This document shows, piece by piece, positions 12,407 through 24,973 of a stretch of 64,000 bases of DNA. Position 1 is the stretch's first letter; each line of letters begins with the position of its first letter. The position numbers and the translations under genes were made by a program. The notes under the pieces are model-generated. The model was not told the origin of the DNA and did no database searches. It saw nothing but the letters and a program-made list of their open reading frames with translations. The stretch comes from Nitrospirales bacterium (lineage in GTDB: Bacteria > Nitrospirota > Nitrospiria > Nitrospirales > UBA8639), in the NCBI GenBank assembly GCA_965203295.1, contig CBDBCZ010000017.1, positions 1,600,001 through 1,664,000 on the forward strand, written 5' to 3'.

Positions 12407-14146
12407 AGTCAGTGCCCCCTGTTTGTTGTTAAACTGGATCCAGAACCACAGTCACCATTATCAGTCCGTCTCCGATTGCTAGAGAATAATTATAACCTGG
12501 GCTATCTGCTTTTCCAGGCTTGGTGTAGCTAATCTACTTTATAGACATACTAATAGTCATTCAGCTTCACTAGCTGTCCCATCACAGTAGCTAGTATACA
12601 AACCCAGTGATCCCGTTCGACCACAGCTGTATAGGAACATAGCATTGTACTATAGTGGTACACAAAACTCTTTTATGGATTATAAAGCACTGCAAAGAAT
12701 CCAGGGTGAGTTCAACCTAAGTTGGGTTGCCTCAGTTGCAGTCCATGCCTTGACACAGCATTATGGATCGATACTTGTGCAAGGATGTAACCTAGCTTAA
12801 GGTAACCTTCTAGGGAGGGTGTTTAGCCCAAATGCTCATGAATCAAATCATAAAATGAGGTGATGGTGTAGAATATTCAATACACACAATATTCAATGAC
12901 GCTTGACATTGTAATATTCAATGACGCCTGGCATTGTTTGGCTTAGTAAGCCAAATAATTCCACGCGTCATTGTAAGCTAAACAATGCCACGCGTCATTG
13001 AATATTGGTCCGTGAGACCAACTAGCTAATGCTAGCATTATTTCATGTAGCTAGTTTCAAGCTTGAAAAGGCAATTTACGTTACTTCTGTGCAGTGATTT
13101 ATCCTTTACCGTCAGTGAAAATCCGATACCTCCGCAAAGCTAAATGTACATGTAATAAATTATAGCTATTTAATGTACATTACCATGGTAACCACTTCCT
13201 CCCACGCTTATAGCACTCAAAGAAGGCCACATACAAGGATCATTGCTATACCAATGTCCATTAAATCAGTTAAAGGTCAGTTTGGGTGAGGGGTTAAAGT
13301 CCTCGGCTTTGCCATGGACTTTAAATTCCCATCACCGAAACTGCTATTACATGTACAGTTGTATACCGTGGCTTTATAATACAATTACAAACAGCTGTTA
13401 GTTTTGACAAGCGCTAAATGCTGAAGCCTTAGTTGCCTGGCAGCCATGTACTCTGGGGTATAGAGGTGCATTATGGTACAAGTAGCAATATATGCACTCA
13501 AGGTAGGGGCAGGGCCACAACACCACATCATGGGTAGTAGAAGTGTAGCTCACCTGTACACACTGTAAAGCATTGTAATAAGCGGTGAGTTGCAGATTGA
13601 GGGAGTTCAAGAATGAGAACACATGTCAATGAGTGATGTGTCTGTAATGGCAATAGCTATGTTGTCACATTCTCGGACTAAAAATACAAAAAAAAATTAG
13701 CTAGTATCCATGAATGTATATGTGTTTACAGCTTTGAACCTTAAACAACAACCCTCTAGTCAATATGACAATTCGATTTTTGATGTTCATAAAGAATTTG
13801 ACTCAGAGTGTGATGATTGTGTTACACAATGTGAATGTGGTTCTATAAGAATGATCACTCCACCTATGACGCCATTAGATGCTGCAGACAGTGCTAGCAT
13901 GAAACCTAATGAAGGATCTGTAGACGAAAGTGTACAAAATCGATTTATTTGGAAAGCTCAAGCTGTAGTTGAAACTTAGTGACCTGCAGTTTTGATCATG
14001 CCATACGTATTTACGCTGAAATATTGCTGAACTTTTAGAGCTACACAACTTTGTTTATACTACTAAAAGCTTACAGAATAAACTTAACATTCATACACAA
14101 AGTCGTATACACACCGGGTAAAAAGCTATAGTGGAACGGGAAAGTA

Positions 14147-14302
14147 AGGTAAATGGGGGTAACTTCGGACGTACTTTTTATAGGGGGTAACTTCGGACAC
14201 TCGCTAGGAAACGATGCACAATGCTGCGCACTGTACATCGCACATCGTTCCCTAGCGAGTGTCCGAAGTTACCCACGTGTCCGAAGTTACCCCCATTTAC
14301 CT
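14147..14302. mobile_element. Palindromic Tc1/mariner-type MITE
   Basis: TIR aggtaaatgggggtaacttcggac, reiterated internally; flanks ta/ca. Confidence 0.7.
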
Positions 14303-15134
14303 CACCACTGGTTGTTGCTTCTGATTTCACGCCCATCACAATGTCTGTCAGGGACTGAGGCACGAAAAACAATACAGCTGTGGTTAACACAACCTCAGGC
14401 AGCTGCAAAAACGTTGATTATCTGAACAACACGCATGCTCGGCTTTTCTGCGTGCTGTTTCAGCACTGGTATTTTTACAGTGATATGGGTAAAGCCACCC
14501 ATGGTGGTGGATCCCGCAAACTAGCAAAGATATACTACACTCGTGCTCTAATTAGGTCTGTTAGAGACCGATGCAGTTCACTATACCGTAGGCGCCAGTT
14601 TTTAAGCACCGGTGCTTATCGGGACAATAGCAACAAAATGGGTGCTTAAAAAGCGGAAAATGCCTAAAAGCGAGCTGTTTTAGGCCACGCCCACAATTAT
14701 TTGCCACGTGCACGCGTGCAAATTTAGACAGCTATTGATCGATCTGCTACGCTTATAAAGAAGCAATCGTTCCTAGCTTTTCAAGCAGTTCTGCCTTTCA
14801 ACAAGAAAGATGACTTCTCCCGGGGAAACCGCAATTTACATCCATCGCGATGTCATCAGAGGGCATCATGTGTACAAGGCCCTGGCCCTGACATAACAGC
14901 TCTACTTCTCACCATTTTATTCCAGCTGTTCCAGCAGACCGAGCAATTCGTTATCCAAACACTTTAATTGGTCGAACTAGAAGGTACAACTCGAAAGTGA
15001 TCCGTCGGGCACGACTTTAGCTAGCTACCGGTAGATAGTTCAACAAAAAATTCTTACTCTTGATAGCGTATAATTAGAATAGGTGCTTATTGCTGCCCGA
15101 AAAATCAAGAGCGGGATGGGTGCTTAAAAGTGTA

Positions 15135-16058
15135 CAAGTAGTTGTGTTTGTTGAACTCGCTCGCTTTATACAGATAGAGATTAAAGATGTAATCTGCATG
15201 TGATTTGTTGGTTTGTAGGGTACATTTAGCTAGTAGTGTTGCTGGCAGACTGAAGTGTGGAGACAGCGCTACAGAGAAGACTACAATCAACTGTAAAACA
15301 GTTTAGGCATGCTGTGACTACAGCCTAGCTCTTTACAGCCATAGCCTAGTTACATATCAAGTGAATGGCACTGATTATATTCTCAGCATGGCTAAGGACT
15401 ATACCGCAACTAACCTTTGTGTTAAAGTGCCTGACATCGCGAGACTAAGTCTTGTAGTCGCTGGAAAGAGCTAGCATCTTCTTGCACTTCACATACAGAC
15501 ACGTGGTACTTTGACCTGTGACCGTGAACTGGTCACAGGTCGAAGGTGCATCCGGGAGCGCGCGCATGCGGCTTCCGTTTCCGTTTTTCACACGTACGCA
15601 CGGACGGACGAACGAACGGACGTATGGCACGCCAAGCATCACAAAATTATGGTGCCGACTTCAACTTCCGGAAGTCGTAATATTACGCCTTCTCTGATGC
15701 AATATTACGACTTACTCCAAGTCGCAATATTACGACTTGTAAGCTGCAATATGACGACTTCCACGAAGTCGCAATATTACGACTTGCAAGCTGCAATATG
15801 ACGTAATATTGCAACTTCGCGGAAGTGCAAGTCGTAATATTGCGACTTTGTGTAAGTCGTCATATTGCGACTTCGTGGAAGTCGTCATATTGCAGCTTAC
15901 AAGTCGTAATATTGCGACTTGGAGTAAGTCGTAATATTGCATCAGAGAAGGCGTAATATTACGACTTCCGGAAGTTGAAGTCGGCACCATAATTTTGTGA
16001 TGCTTGGCGTGCCATACGGACGAACGAACACACGGACACAACCAGGCGTAATAATAGA
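15135..16058 (-). mobile_element. Non-autonomous Helitron
   Basis: Minus strand begins TCTATT after A and ends CTTG before T; removal restores the ggtgcttaaaagtg repeat of the host; 3' region similar to the hairpin+CTAG end at ~32780. Confidence 0.6.
15625..16014. mobile_element. Foldback MITE with ~160-bp arms built from the palindrome aagtcgtaatattacgactt
   Basis: 15621-~15786 is the reverse complement of ~15854-16018; inserted in a cggacg microsatellite with TA (or AT) duplication. Confidence 0.8.
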
Positions 16059-16134
16059 TAGGTGCTTAAAAGTGAAGGGTGCTTAAAAACCGGCGCCTAC
16101 GGTACGTGCAGTTTTGAAACATTGGGGTCAGGGC

Positions 16135-16238
16135 TAGCCTCGAACCCAGGCCTTACACGCCCAGATTTTATCTCGCAGCCTTGGAGAAAAACCGCTGCGA
16201 GATAAAATCTGGGCGTGTAAGGCCTGGGTTCGAGGCTA
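16135..16238. mobile_element. Academ(H)-like mini-MITE, deletion derivative of the 59533 family
   Basis: TIR tagcctcgaacccaggccttacacgcccagattttatctcgcagc; TSD ggtcagggc/ggtcggggc. Confidence 0.8.
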
Positions 16239-16526
16239 GGTCGGGGCAAGAATACTGCAGTAATAACCTCGACTTCGCTTCGATCATACAGTAGTCTTGC
16301 CCCTCCCCCTTGGTTTCTAAAACCTGGTACGTACTAACAAAGCACAATGCATACTCTTTGATATGATGAAGTTAGTGCCTAGTTCTAACTGAAAAATGAA
16401 ATGTTGACAGTTGCCCTAACATGGTATAATTGCACTTAGCACGTGTATAACACCTCCTGCATCCCATGTTGCTAAAAATCATGTAAATAATGTCTATTCT
16501 CTATCTATAGGTGTTTCTATTGCAGC

Positions 16527-17960
16527 ATGAGTGCAACAAAGATGAAATGTGTATACACCTTTTTAATTGTGCTTACTGGGACAATAATATTATCCATACT
16601 ATATAATAATAATGGTTACTTAAAATATCACAAAAACACACTTATTGACAAGATGTCAGAAAATACAACTTCGGATATACAGCTTGTCGAACATGCAACT
16701 TCAAATCTGCAGCTTGCAGAAGGCAACAGTGATTGGAGTAATCAGAATGCAATTAGTGTTTCTCTGTCTCTACAATACATGGACCAAGCTTCTTGGGGAG
16801 CAAGAAGACTGCGAAGTCTTCAGTGTTGGGCAGCTCAGCTGAATAGGACTATGCGAGTAGTTGAACCCTCTATGAAAAGTTCATACTTTGGCGCCCCACT
16901 GATGATTCCTGTGAATGGAATCAACAAATTTAGGGATAACTTTGACATTCACGTTTGGAACAAATATGGTGAACAAGAAGGATTTGATCCACTGTTAAGT
17001 TGGGATGAGTTCATTACGAGTGCATCGCGGAAAACTATTTTAGTTCAAATTATCTACAAAACAGATAAATGGTGTATCGATCCGTCATCTCAGATCTCGA
17101 ACCCTAACTGCACTTTCCACGATATGAGGCAGTATTGGTCAGACACTCTACGAATGTTTTCATTTTCCATTATCCGTGAGGTGTGCATCAACTTTCGCAA
17201 TGTCAGTATTCTTAGTAAAAGGGATTTCAATGATCACATCTTTGGAAATATCTCAAGAGACTCTCCGGTAACGGTTGTGTTTAACGAGTGGAGAGGACCA
17301 CTGCGTGAGAAGCACTCTGTTGATAACAACTGTATTCTTCGCATTAGAGATCCGAAATGTTCCCCTAGTGGTCCAACTGGGCTAATACACAACATTACTC
17401 TGATTGCACTGAGACCGACACCAGAAATATTTCACCTTGCAGAAGTCTACGCAGAAAAATATCTGAATAGAAATTGGAAATATCTTGCGATAATGGTACG
17501 CTGGGAACGTATGTTTTTGAAGAAAATTTACATCGGGGAACAGTGGTCTCACGAAAAGGATTGTATAAAAACGATTGAAGAACATGTACACCAATTTCAC
17601 ATGAACTCAACCTTCCTAGCAACCGATGTTGGAAGATATGGTAGCAGTACCATGCAACCGAACTATACTGTTGGTGGGGAGTCATATTATGAATCTAGTA
17701 GAAAGCTCACAGAAGAGCTACTCACTGTTCTATATGGCAGACCAATAACCTTGGAACAGTATGACAAGCAGTTTGAGGATATTGTTGACACTTCTGTCCA
17801 CCCCATGTATCACATACCGCAACTTCAAAGAGCCATTGCTGCTAAGGCAGACCGCTTGCTACTTGTGGGCTGGGGACAATTTCTTGAAGGTACACTAGAT
17901 TTGTACAAGATCCTACATGATGAAAAAGAACAGCACTACAAACAATTAGAATTCTGCTGA
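16527..17960 (+). CDS. Type II membrane GDP-fucose-dependent (O-)fucosyltransferase-like protein, 477 aa, single coding exon
   Basis: Only long clean ORF; N-terminal signal anchor (VYTFLIVLTGTIILSILY); YLAIMVRWE and FLATD match GT-B fucosyltransferase nucleotide-sugar motifs; splice acceptor (tctctatctatag) ~16 nt upstream of the ATG. Confidence 0.8.
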   Translation: MSATKMKCVYTFLIVLTGTIILSILYNNNGYLKYHKNTLIDKMSENTTSDIQLVEHATSNLQLAEGNSDWSNQNAISVSLSLQYMDQASWGARRLRSLQCWAAQLNRTMRVVEPSMKSSYFGAPLMIPVNGINKFRDNFDIHVWNKYGEQEGFDPLLSWDEFITSASRKTILVQIIYKTDKWCIDPSSQISNPNCTFHDMRQYWSDTLRMFSFSIIREVCINFRNVSILSKRDFNDHIFGNISRDSPVTVVFNEWRGPLREKHSVDNNCILRIRDPKCSPSGPTGLIHNITLIALRPTPEIFHLAEVYAEKYLNRNWKYLAIMVRWERMFLKKIYIGEQWSHEKDCIKTIEEHVHQFHMNSTFLATDVGRYGSSTMQPNYTVGGESYYESSRKLTEELLTVLYGRPITLEQYDKQFEDIVDTSVHPMYHIPQLQRAIAAKADRLLLVGWGQFLEGTLDLYKILHDEKEQHYKQLEFC

Positions 17961-18509
17961 TATATACACTTCTAACTGTATAATAGTTCCTGACTCTTAC
18001 AATTGTTTGAAAACGTAATTCCCTAAAATTATTTTTTTGATACTCACAAAATATTACTTTTCAATAGTAGCTACCAACCACTGTGCCAAGTGAAAACCAG
18101 GAAGAGCTTGATCGTTCTCCAGCCTGAGTTGGGGTGGGGCATGATGAGCAAGCAGTAGCTAATTGAAGTTGATGTTTGTCCAGTTTCATTCTATCTAGGA
18201 TATAGACTATAAGTGCATGTATGAAAGAGAAAGGAGGGTATACGTAACTGCTTATCGTACTTTTTCTTTTTCCATGCATGCCGTAAGCTACATACAGTCA
18301 TGTGATCTGTAACTGGGAATGTGATAAGAAGTCTTTGTGCAGATACATGAGATGGAGAGCAGTATAGCTAATATGAATCGTGCATGACAAGTTTAAGCAT
18401 TAAAGTACAGTAGCTATGTGTGAGGACAGCAATACACATGAAAGCGTAATATATAGTCACGTGATTGTGCATGCACTGTTGCTACGCAGTGCACATGCAG
18501 AGCTACCAG

Positions 18510-18784
18510 TAGTCTCGTGCCCAGTCCCACGTTAAGAAGGTGGGTCTGGTTCCCCGCATATTCAAAGTTGGGGGCAGCATTACGTCAACGGTCCCAGAAC
18601 TGGACCGGCGATGTGATTGGTTGACTAAAGTATTACATCACTAAACGGTTGTAGTATCCGGATATTCACATCGCTTATAGTGATCGCCGGTCCAGATCTG
18701 GGACCGCTGACGTAATGCTGCTCCAACTTTGAATATGCGGGGAGCCAGACCCACCTTCCTAACGTGGGGCTGGGCACGAGACTA
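18510..18784. mobile_element. Academ(H)-like MITE with ~100-bp TIRs
   Basis: tagtctcgtgcccag...ctgggcacgagacta; 9-bp TSD agctaccag. Confidence 0.85.
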
Positions 18785-19882
18785 AGCTACCAGAGGACGT
18801 GCGCTAACAGTGGAATGCAATTAGCTAAGTTGGCTGAAGATGTATTACGCTTCGGGCAGAGAGGAGCAATAATACCCCGAGCTCTATGAGCGATCTCGTG
18901 TAAGTTTAGCAGTTAAAATAGCTACAATCTGAGTGGTAAAACTGCTGCCATACCAAAATGTTTGCAACCTCACTGCGAATTCAATACATTCAAGCCCAAT
19001 CTTCTGCAGCATAGCTTCATACTTGCAAGCCAAGATTTTTGAGGTGGCATCCCCACCCATCCCCTAGAAAGTTGTAGAGCTACAAAACGTCCTGTAGGCC
19101 AGATACCGTAAACCATGCATAATGCATAACAATGCATGTACAAGTGTATACAATATAATAGCTGATCACTTTCTGTGCTACTGTACATAAGGCATCCCAC
19201 TCATTCTCTGTCAAATTACAGCGAGGTATTTCTCGATCCTGTATATATAATACAATATAGTGAAGTTTTGCCACAGCTTGCTCCTCTCTGGCGCCTTATT
19301 AGGACAGTCATCCATGAATCTCCTCTGCATTGAAGTACAATGTCATGCATTAATATAAGACATCAAAATCAATCACAGCTATTTACGCTTACTACTAGAG
19401 TGATGTTCCTTGTGTATGCCTTTAGTACAGACTACTCTGTTGGAGCCTTGATGGACTTAATGATGGTTTGCACCAGAGACTGAGAACCCTTGTTTATAAG
19501 GTGTTTATATCGAAACAACTGTGCAATCATACAAAAAACATGGGTGAAGTACCGGTACTCCCTATTTCATGCAATGCAGCATGCATGTTCCTTACTATCT
19601 TCTTTTATCCACACGAAAATTGGTGAGCCTACGTATTAATAATTCTTTACCCACTGTACATGTACTGCCATGATATGCAGCTGCAGATCAGCAGCTTTGT
19701 CCTCTAAAACATCCTGGACCATTTTCTGCATGCATGGCATTGTATCATTGTGAAAGAAATGAAATAAAATAATAATCATAAATCCCAAATAATATATCAA
19801 ATGGTACATGAGAACTGAATATATGGGTGCTACTAGCAGGTTTAGTGGCTATATAAAGCCTGCCTACTGCTCCTCTGCCAAG

Positions 19883-20043
19883 GGGCTCCAGTAGCTCAGT
19901 AGAGCATCTGACTAGTATTCAGAAGGTCCTGGTTCAATCCCCAGCTGGGTCCCGTTTTTTTTTGTTTTTTTTTGTTTTTTTTTTCGGGATTTCTTTACTC
20001 TCTCAGAAAGCTTATCATCTCTTGAAGAGTTTACAATGTACAT
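19883..20043 (+). mobile_element. tRNA-Thr(AGT)-derived SINE or pseudogene with a shared 3' tail
   Basis: A box tagctcagt, anticodon arm tctga-ctagtat-tcaga, B box ggttcaatcc; shortened D arm; tail ttactctctcagaaagcttatcatctc shared with 5'-truncated copies at ~39045 and ~55020. Confidence 0.7.
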
Positions 20044-20794
20044 GACAGCAAGAAACATAGAATAATAAGATACGGTAACTTAATGATAAGTGTATTTTGC
20101 CAAAGGGTGACACAAGACCTCACCAAGAGGACGAGCGGGATTGCTTGCTGATATGATTGCATTGAAGAAAAATTGTTAAAGTTGTTTATTTACTAAACTG
20201 TTGTTCCTCACTTTTAGACGAAGTATCAGTGTCTTCGAGGGAGAGCAGTTTGTTCCTACAGCAGTGGCAAAGAAGTCTGTAGGTTGTGGTCTGAAGACAC
20301 CGGAACTTGTAGAACACTTATACGCAAGCCCAGCTTGCTTCTTTCCCTCAACTGTGAAAATTTGGACGAATACTTAGCTTCGGTCTGAGTGAGGCAGAGA
20401 CAATATGTCACCTTTGTTGAAGCCATCGCAAAAAAACTTTAGTAGTAAACTCTGCCACGTGTGCAGAACAATTGAACCTATGGGCGGAAGACATAACGGG
20501 ATAGTTCACGCATGTGCAAGCAGTGGATACCAGGCCACTTACCCTAATGTGTAGTAGCCTGGGAACAAGGTGATGGTGTGGCAACACAGCCCATTCTGTT
20601 CTACCAAAGAGACATGATTCTCGGTGGACAACAAACCAAAAACAGCCTGAAGTTGGCCTCAGAAGGCCATGTCTTCACAGTCGAGGCCTGGTAGCAAGAC
20701 TGTCCTCACACAAGCATGTCGCATCTACGGAAAATACAAGTAATTGATCCACACATGCAGTGTACAGGAAACGCTGCATAGGCAGGCTTTCTCA

Positions 20795-20894
20795 AAGTGT
20801 ACTATAGGAGACACCTCCAAACATTGTATTAACTGTATCACCTGTGCTGCTCCCTGTTTATATATAGGCAGCACTTGCTCAAAATGCTTGTGGG
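20795..20894 (-). ncRNA. Candidate Sm-class small RNA module (degenerate Sm site)
   Basis: cccacaagc, tatata at +28, aatgtttgg, hairpin aggtgt...acactt. Confidence 0.3.
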
Positions 20895-21495
20895 TTTGTA
20901 AAGTCTTAATAATAGCAATTAAGGTGTATGAATACCAGTATATTGCCATGCAGCCATGTGGCTTCACGACATGGTACAGGGAGGCTGTAGTTTCTGTTAT
21001 AATCATCATAAAGCATCAGATCTTGTAGACTGGACTCGCAGCAAGCATCCAATAGGAGAGCTCTTACACACGCTAATGTAGCCTGTAGCTGTACGTACTT
21101 ACCACGGCATCCTCAATAAGTGGTATTAAGGTGAACCTCTTACCGAGGCCTTTCACCTCATACTGTACATGTAGCCATGGAGAAAAATATGGACATAAGG
21201 CCTTGTTGAAGGAATGTAGGGCAGTTATATAGTGGGAGTGTGGCTAGTTTCCATGGCCTACTTGCCATACTATAAACCATATCTAATCTGGACATCTGAA
21301 ACAGTTTGACCTAAGAAACCAGTTAAGGGGGAGGAGGGGTAGCGAGCTAGACTAAAGGTTCCCTAACCTTAGTTTCTGATCACTGTGTATCCAGTTCAGC
21401 ATGATCTCATATAGTAAGGGATCGGAGCCCAACGGAGGCTGCCCGCGAATCTATACTTCTGATACCTCTCCCGAAAAAAACAGCTGGCATTGTAA

Positions 21496-21604
21496 TAGTT
21501 TCGTGAACCACCCCACTTAATTTCCGCAGTGCCGATCACTAATTAGTATGTGATACTGAAAGTGATCAGTGCTGAGGATCAAAGTGGGCTGGCTTGCGAG
21601 ACTA
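21496..21604. mobile_element. Academ(H)-like mini-MITE (10852 family, inverted)
   Basis: TAG...CTA termini, 9-bp TSD gcattgtaa. Confidence 0.8.
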
Positions 21605-22460
21605 GCATTGTAACGTGATGGCTTTTCGAGGCACGAATGGTGATTTTTAAATGGATTTGAAATGCTGTTAAGCATCGCTGTGTAGCCAGTAAACTGCTCA
21701 ATCTAATAAACGCCACCCTGGATTAGTGGCCGCAGAAAATCGCTCGATGAAATAATTAGTAACCCCGGCCCGGCGCCTGATCGCGGTAATACTTTAGATA
21801 TATATAGGGCAGGGTTGATTCATTTTTTAAGGTAAGCAGACGCCCACTATTTCTCACTTTCAAATTAAGTGCAGCTACTTTTGTACACTCTTCATGCATT
21901 TCATGATGGCTTCCAGGGACTATTTCAGTCTATATATAGTTGGTATTTCTTGTCACAGCAGAGAAAGTCTTGAGACACTTCTTGCAGAAATGTCTAAGTA
22001 ACCGCCACCAGCTAAACCAGCTGCCTCTACAAGTATGTCGGGCTGGCTATAGTTTACTGGACAGTAAGTCAACAGCAGTATGAGAGCAAGCTAATTAATA
22101 TAGAGCACATGCCAAGCTTTAAAAGTATACTGGTTGGGGTTGTGTCCTCGCTGTAGCTGTGAGAAACAGGGGAACTATTAACCCAGGCTCAGTTCATTTT
22201 GCTAGACGTCAACTCACTGTTTTCAACAGCAAAGGGGGTGCCGGCAAACCATTTTGCTGAAATGTGATTAAGGGGAGGAGGGGCTAATTAAGGACTATGA
22301 TGAAACATGAATACCATGCTAGCATGGCTGGACATGTAAATTACCATCCTTGTAGGTCACAAGGAAAGCAACAGTCACAGCAGTAGATATCAGCTGGGGG
22401 ACAAAACTCATCACATCATGGCATTATTTTGGACCAACCTAGATTGGAGTTCCCTCCTAA

Positions 22461-23087
22461 CCCTTTGAACGCGATGAGCATATAAATACGCTCAGAAATT
22501 GCTTCCACATATCGCGGCGAGCGCATATATACGCTTGCCATAATAAGTGCTAGGGGTCAGACCCTTCCTATTTAATGGCACGCATGACACTTTAGGGGAA
22601 CAACCCTACGGTCTTTAGCAACCAATCTAAAGCTCCCCCTCCATCACAAGTCATTCAAAGTGTTCACTTGATGCTTAGTTGTGTAGCACAGTTAGTTTGC
22701 GGCAAAGGCGCGGCCAATAAGGCTGAGTATGGCTGCAGTCAGAGCGCTAGGCCTTAGGTACAGATCCAGCACTTAGTAACAGATCAGACCCTCAGTTACA
22801 GAAGTGACTCAGTGTAGTTGAGGGGACAGACACACGAAAATGACTACCGAGGTTAGCTTTAGATTTTCCATTTATATTCGCTCTTCTGCATTTAGTAGGG
22901 GCTTTAGCACACCAGCTAAACACTAAACAATGATAGTTTTATACTTCCTAGCTTCCAGTGTTGCCGTTCAGCAAGGAAAATAGCCTAAAACTCTACAAAA
23001 CTGCAAGCACATGCAACATAGACAATAATTAAATTGGGTTCCGCGTGATGTGGAAGTTATGAATAATAAAGTGCAGCGCTCAAAGGG
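22461..23087. mobile_element. piggyBac-like MITE
   Basis: TIR ccctttga(a/g)cgc; 4-bp CTAA on both flanks; the same right end follows TTAA at 28287. Confidence 0.7.
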
Positions 23088-23762
23088 CTAATTAGTTGCT
23101 TTGGAATTGTTCTACAACCTACATGCAATACCAGGTGCTAAAATTTTGCATGGACAGCTGAAATAACCAGGAAACACTAAATTATGAGCGTAATGAGTCA
23201 CAACTGGGGCAACTAAGTGCAGCCACCAATTATGATGTCATTAGCTGTGCACACCCACAATTTCACTTTACCTTTGGATTGACCAGGTCTAGACGACTTG
23301 CCATACTGCAGCGAGGGGCAGCGGTGTCTCATGCTATAGCAACACTGCTCAAGTGGAAGCTTATTTCAGCCTAACCCGCAAAGTGGGGGATTTAACTTTA
23401 GGACATGGATATTGGTCTGGTAGGAAGTGAATGGGCAATGCCTGCCCAGACGCACTCATGCACTAGCTTGTAGCTTTACCCAACAGTTAGCCTCCAGGCC
23501 CTACCCCCCTATAAACTCTATTAAAAACTCTAACTCTATTAGCAACTTCCTGCCCAGAGAACGAGCGAAACAAAATCCGGGGAACAGAGACTGAGTATAT
23601 GCTGTGTACGAAGATCTATGCGTTGTATTTAATAAATTTATGTAAGCCTTCCAGCTGTATGTTTCGTGGGCTGACACATTCAGCGAGGAGGGTCAAACAG
23701 TGTCACAGCTCACCGCCTCCAGTACTGCTGTTATAGACTAAAGTCTAGGTGTCCTCCCAGCC

Positions 23763-23818
23763 TAGCCTCGTTCCCAGGCAAGCGACAAAAGCTGTGCGGA
23801 GGCCTGGGAACGAGGCTA
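23763..23818. mobile_element. Academ(H)-like mini-MITE
   Basis: TSD ctcccagcc; empty site in the paralogue at ~58685. Confidence 0.85.
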
Positions 23819-23873
23819 CTCCCAGCCATTAGACTGTCTTTCTTGACTTCTTCGCAGTCAAGACCAAACTCTA

Positions 23874-23910
23874 TAATCTCGCGGGCCAGATCGTCTGGCC
23901 CGCGAGACTA
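23874..23910. mobile_element. 37-bp Academ(H)-like palindromic mini-element
   Basis: TSD caaactcta; empty site at ~58730. Confidence 0.85.
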
Positions 23911-24588
23911 CAAACTCTAATACATGGTGGGATACTCAACCCCTCTGACGTCACACGATAATTGTTGGTATTTTCGTACACGTGGCCACGTGGACAAGAA
24001 CGCCGCCGACTCGACGCTCGCTACAGAATATTTGAAGGGAGAAATTCTGGAGAATGTTTGAGCAGGAGCTGGGGAATGTTATTGTCCGACCGCTCTGGGA
24101 ATGACCCAGGTAGGAAGTAGTTTCCTAAACCATAGGAAGGGTCTCGCATGGGAAATGCTGCAAGGTTTCTGTCATTGGATAGTCATGTTTCTATCAAATT
24201 ATCTTGTTTCCCCGGCCGTACGAGCAAATAACTAAAAACAGAGAGCCGTTTTTTGTAGTTGTTTGTTCGTTCTTGCGGGAAAAGTCTGACTGGGATTCTG
24301 GGAACAACGCTAAGGTTACAGAGGTTTGCAAAAGCCGCTTGCAACAGTCTGTAGAGCAGAAACGCAAAGCCTGCCCTGCTTGATAATGATTCTTTCATCT
24401 ACAGTGTAGTAGCTATTAGGGCCTATTAGCTGCGTTTAGATTAGTGGTTTGCTTGTCCTCTTTGCAAACTTTCTACAAAACTGTACCTACAGTGTGTGTA
24501 GCTATGATTGCTCTACATGATGGCAACCTCAGTATAGTTCTCAGACTTACTTGAAAATAACTACTTCCCCTCCTTGTTTCAGCCTCAG

Positions 24589-24690
24589 GATGTGAAGCCC
24601 ACCGGCACCCTGGTGGGAGAGTCTACTGAGCTGTCGGCACAACATGCTACTGGAGGGCACCTGAGATCATGCTGAACTGGATGTGCTATG
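24589..24690 (+). pseudogene. p38-type MAPK exon fragment
   Basis: cag|DVKP... then CYWRAPEIMLNWM. Confidence 0.7.
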
Positions 24691-24973
24691 GTTAGTGTCT
24701 TGGTAGAGGGGTCACCAGGGTGGGCCTTTGGTAACCAAGGTCTCATTAGTAGCCAGTCAAGTGTGCTAGTTGTAACAGTGAGTAGTGTGACTGTGAGTTG
24801 TTGTCTGGTGGGTCGAGTTGTGTTGCAGTGAGTTGTCTGGGGAGTTGGCAGTGTTCCTCAGGCTACATGTAATTGTACATGCTAGCAGGAACACATTGTC
24901 TCACTTTACAAATGGACTGCTGTTTTGTAGTCTTAACTCTGTTTTCCATGTATAGTCAGATCTGCCCATAGGC

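Larger units (their letters stand above)
14586..16102. mobile_element. TA-flanked pogo/Tc1-mariner-type MITE hosting nested insertions
   Basis: TIR ccgtaggcgcc(a/g)gtttttaagcacc, TA TSD, ggtgctta subterminal repeats. Confidence 0.85.

Noticed and set aside
19883..19954. Functional tRNA-Thr gene
   Set aside because: Shortened D arm, imperfect T and acceptor stems, and a tail shared with truncated copies
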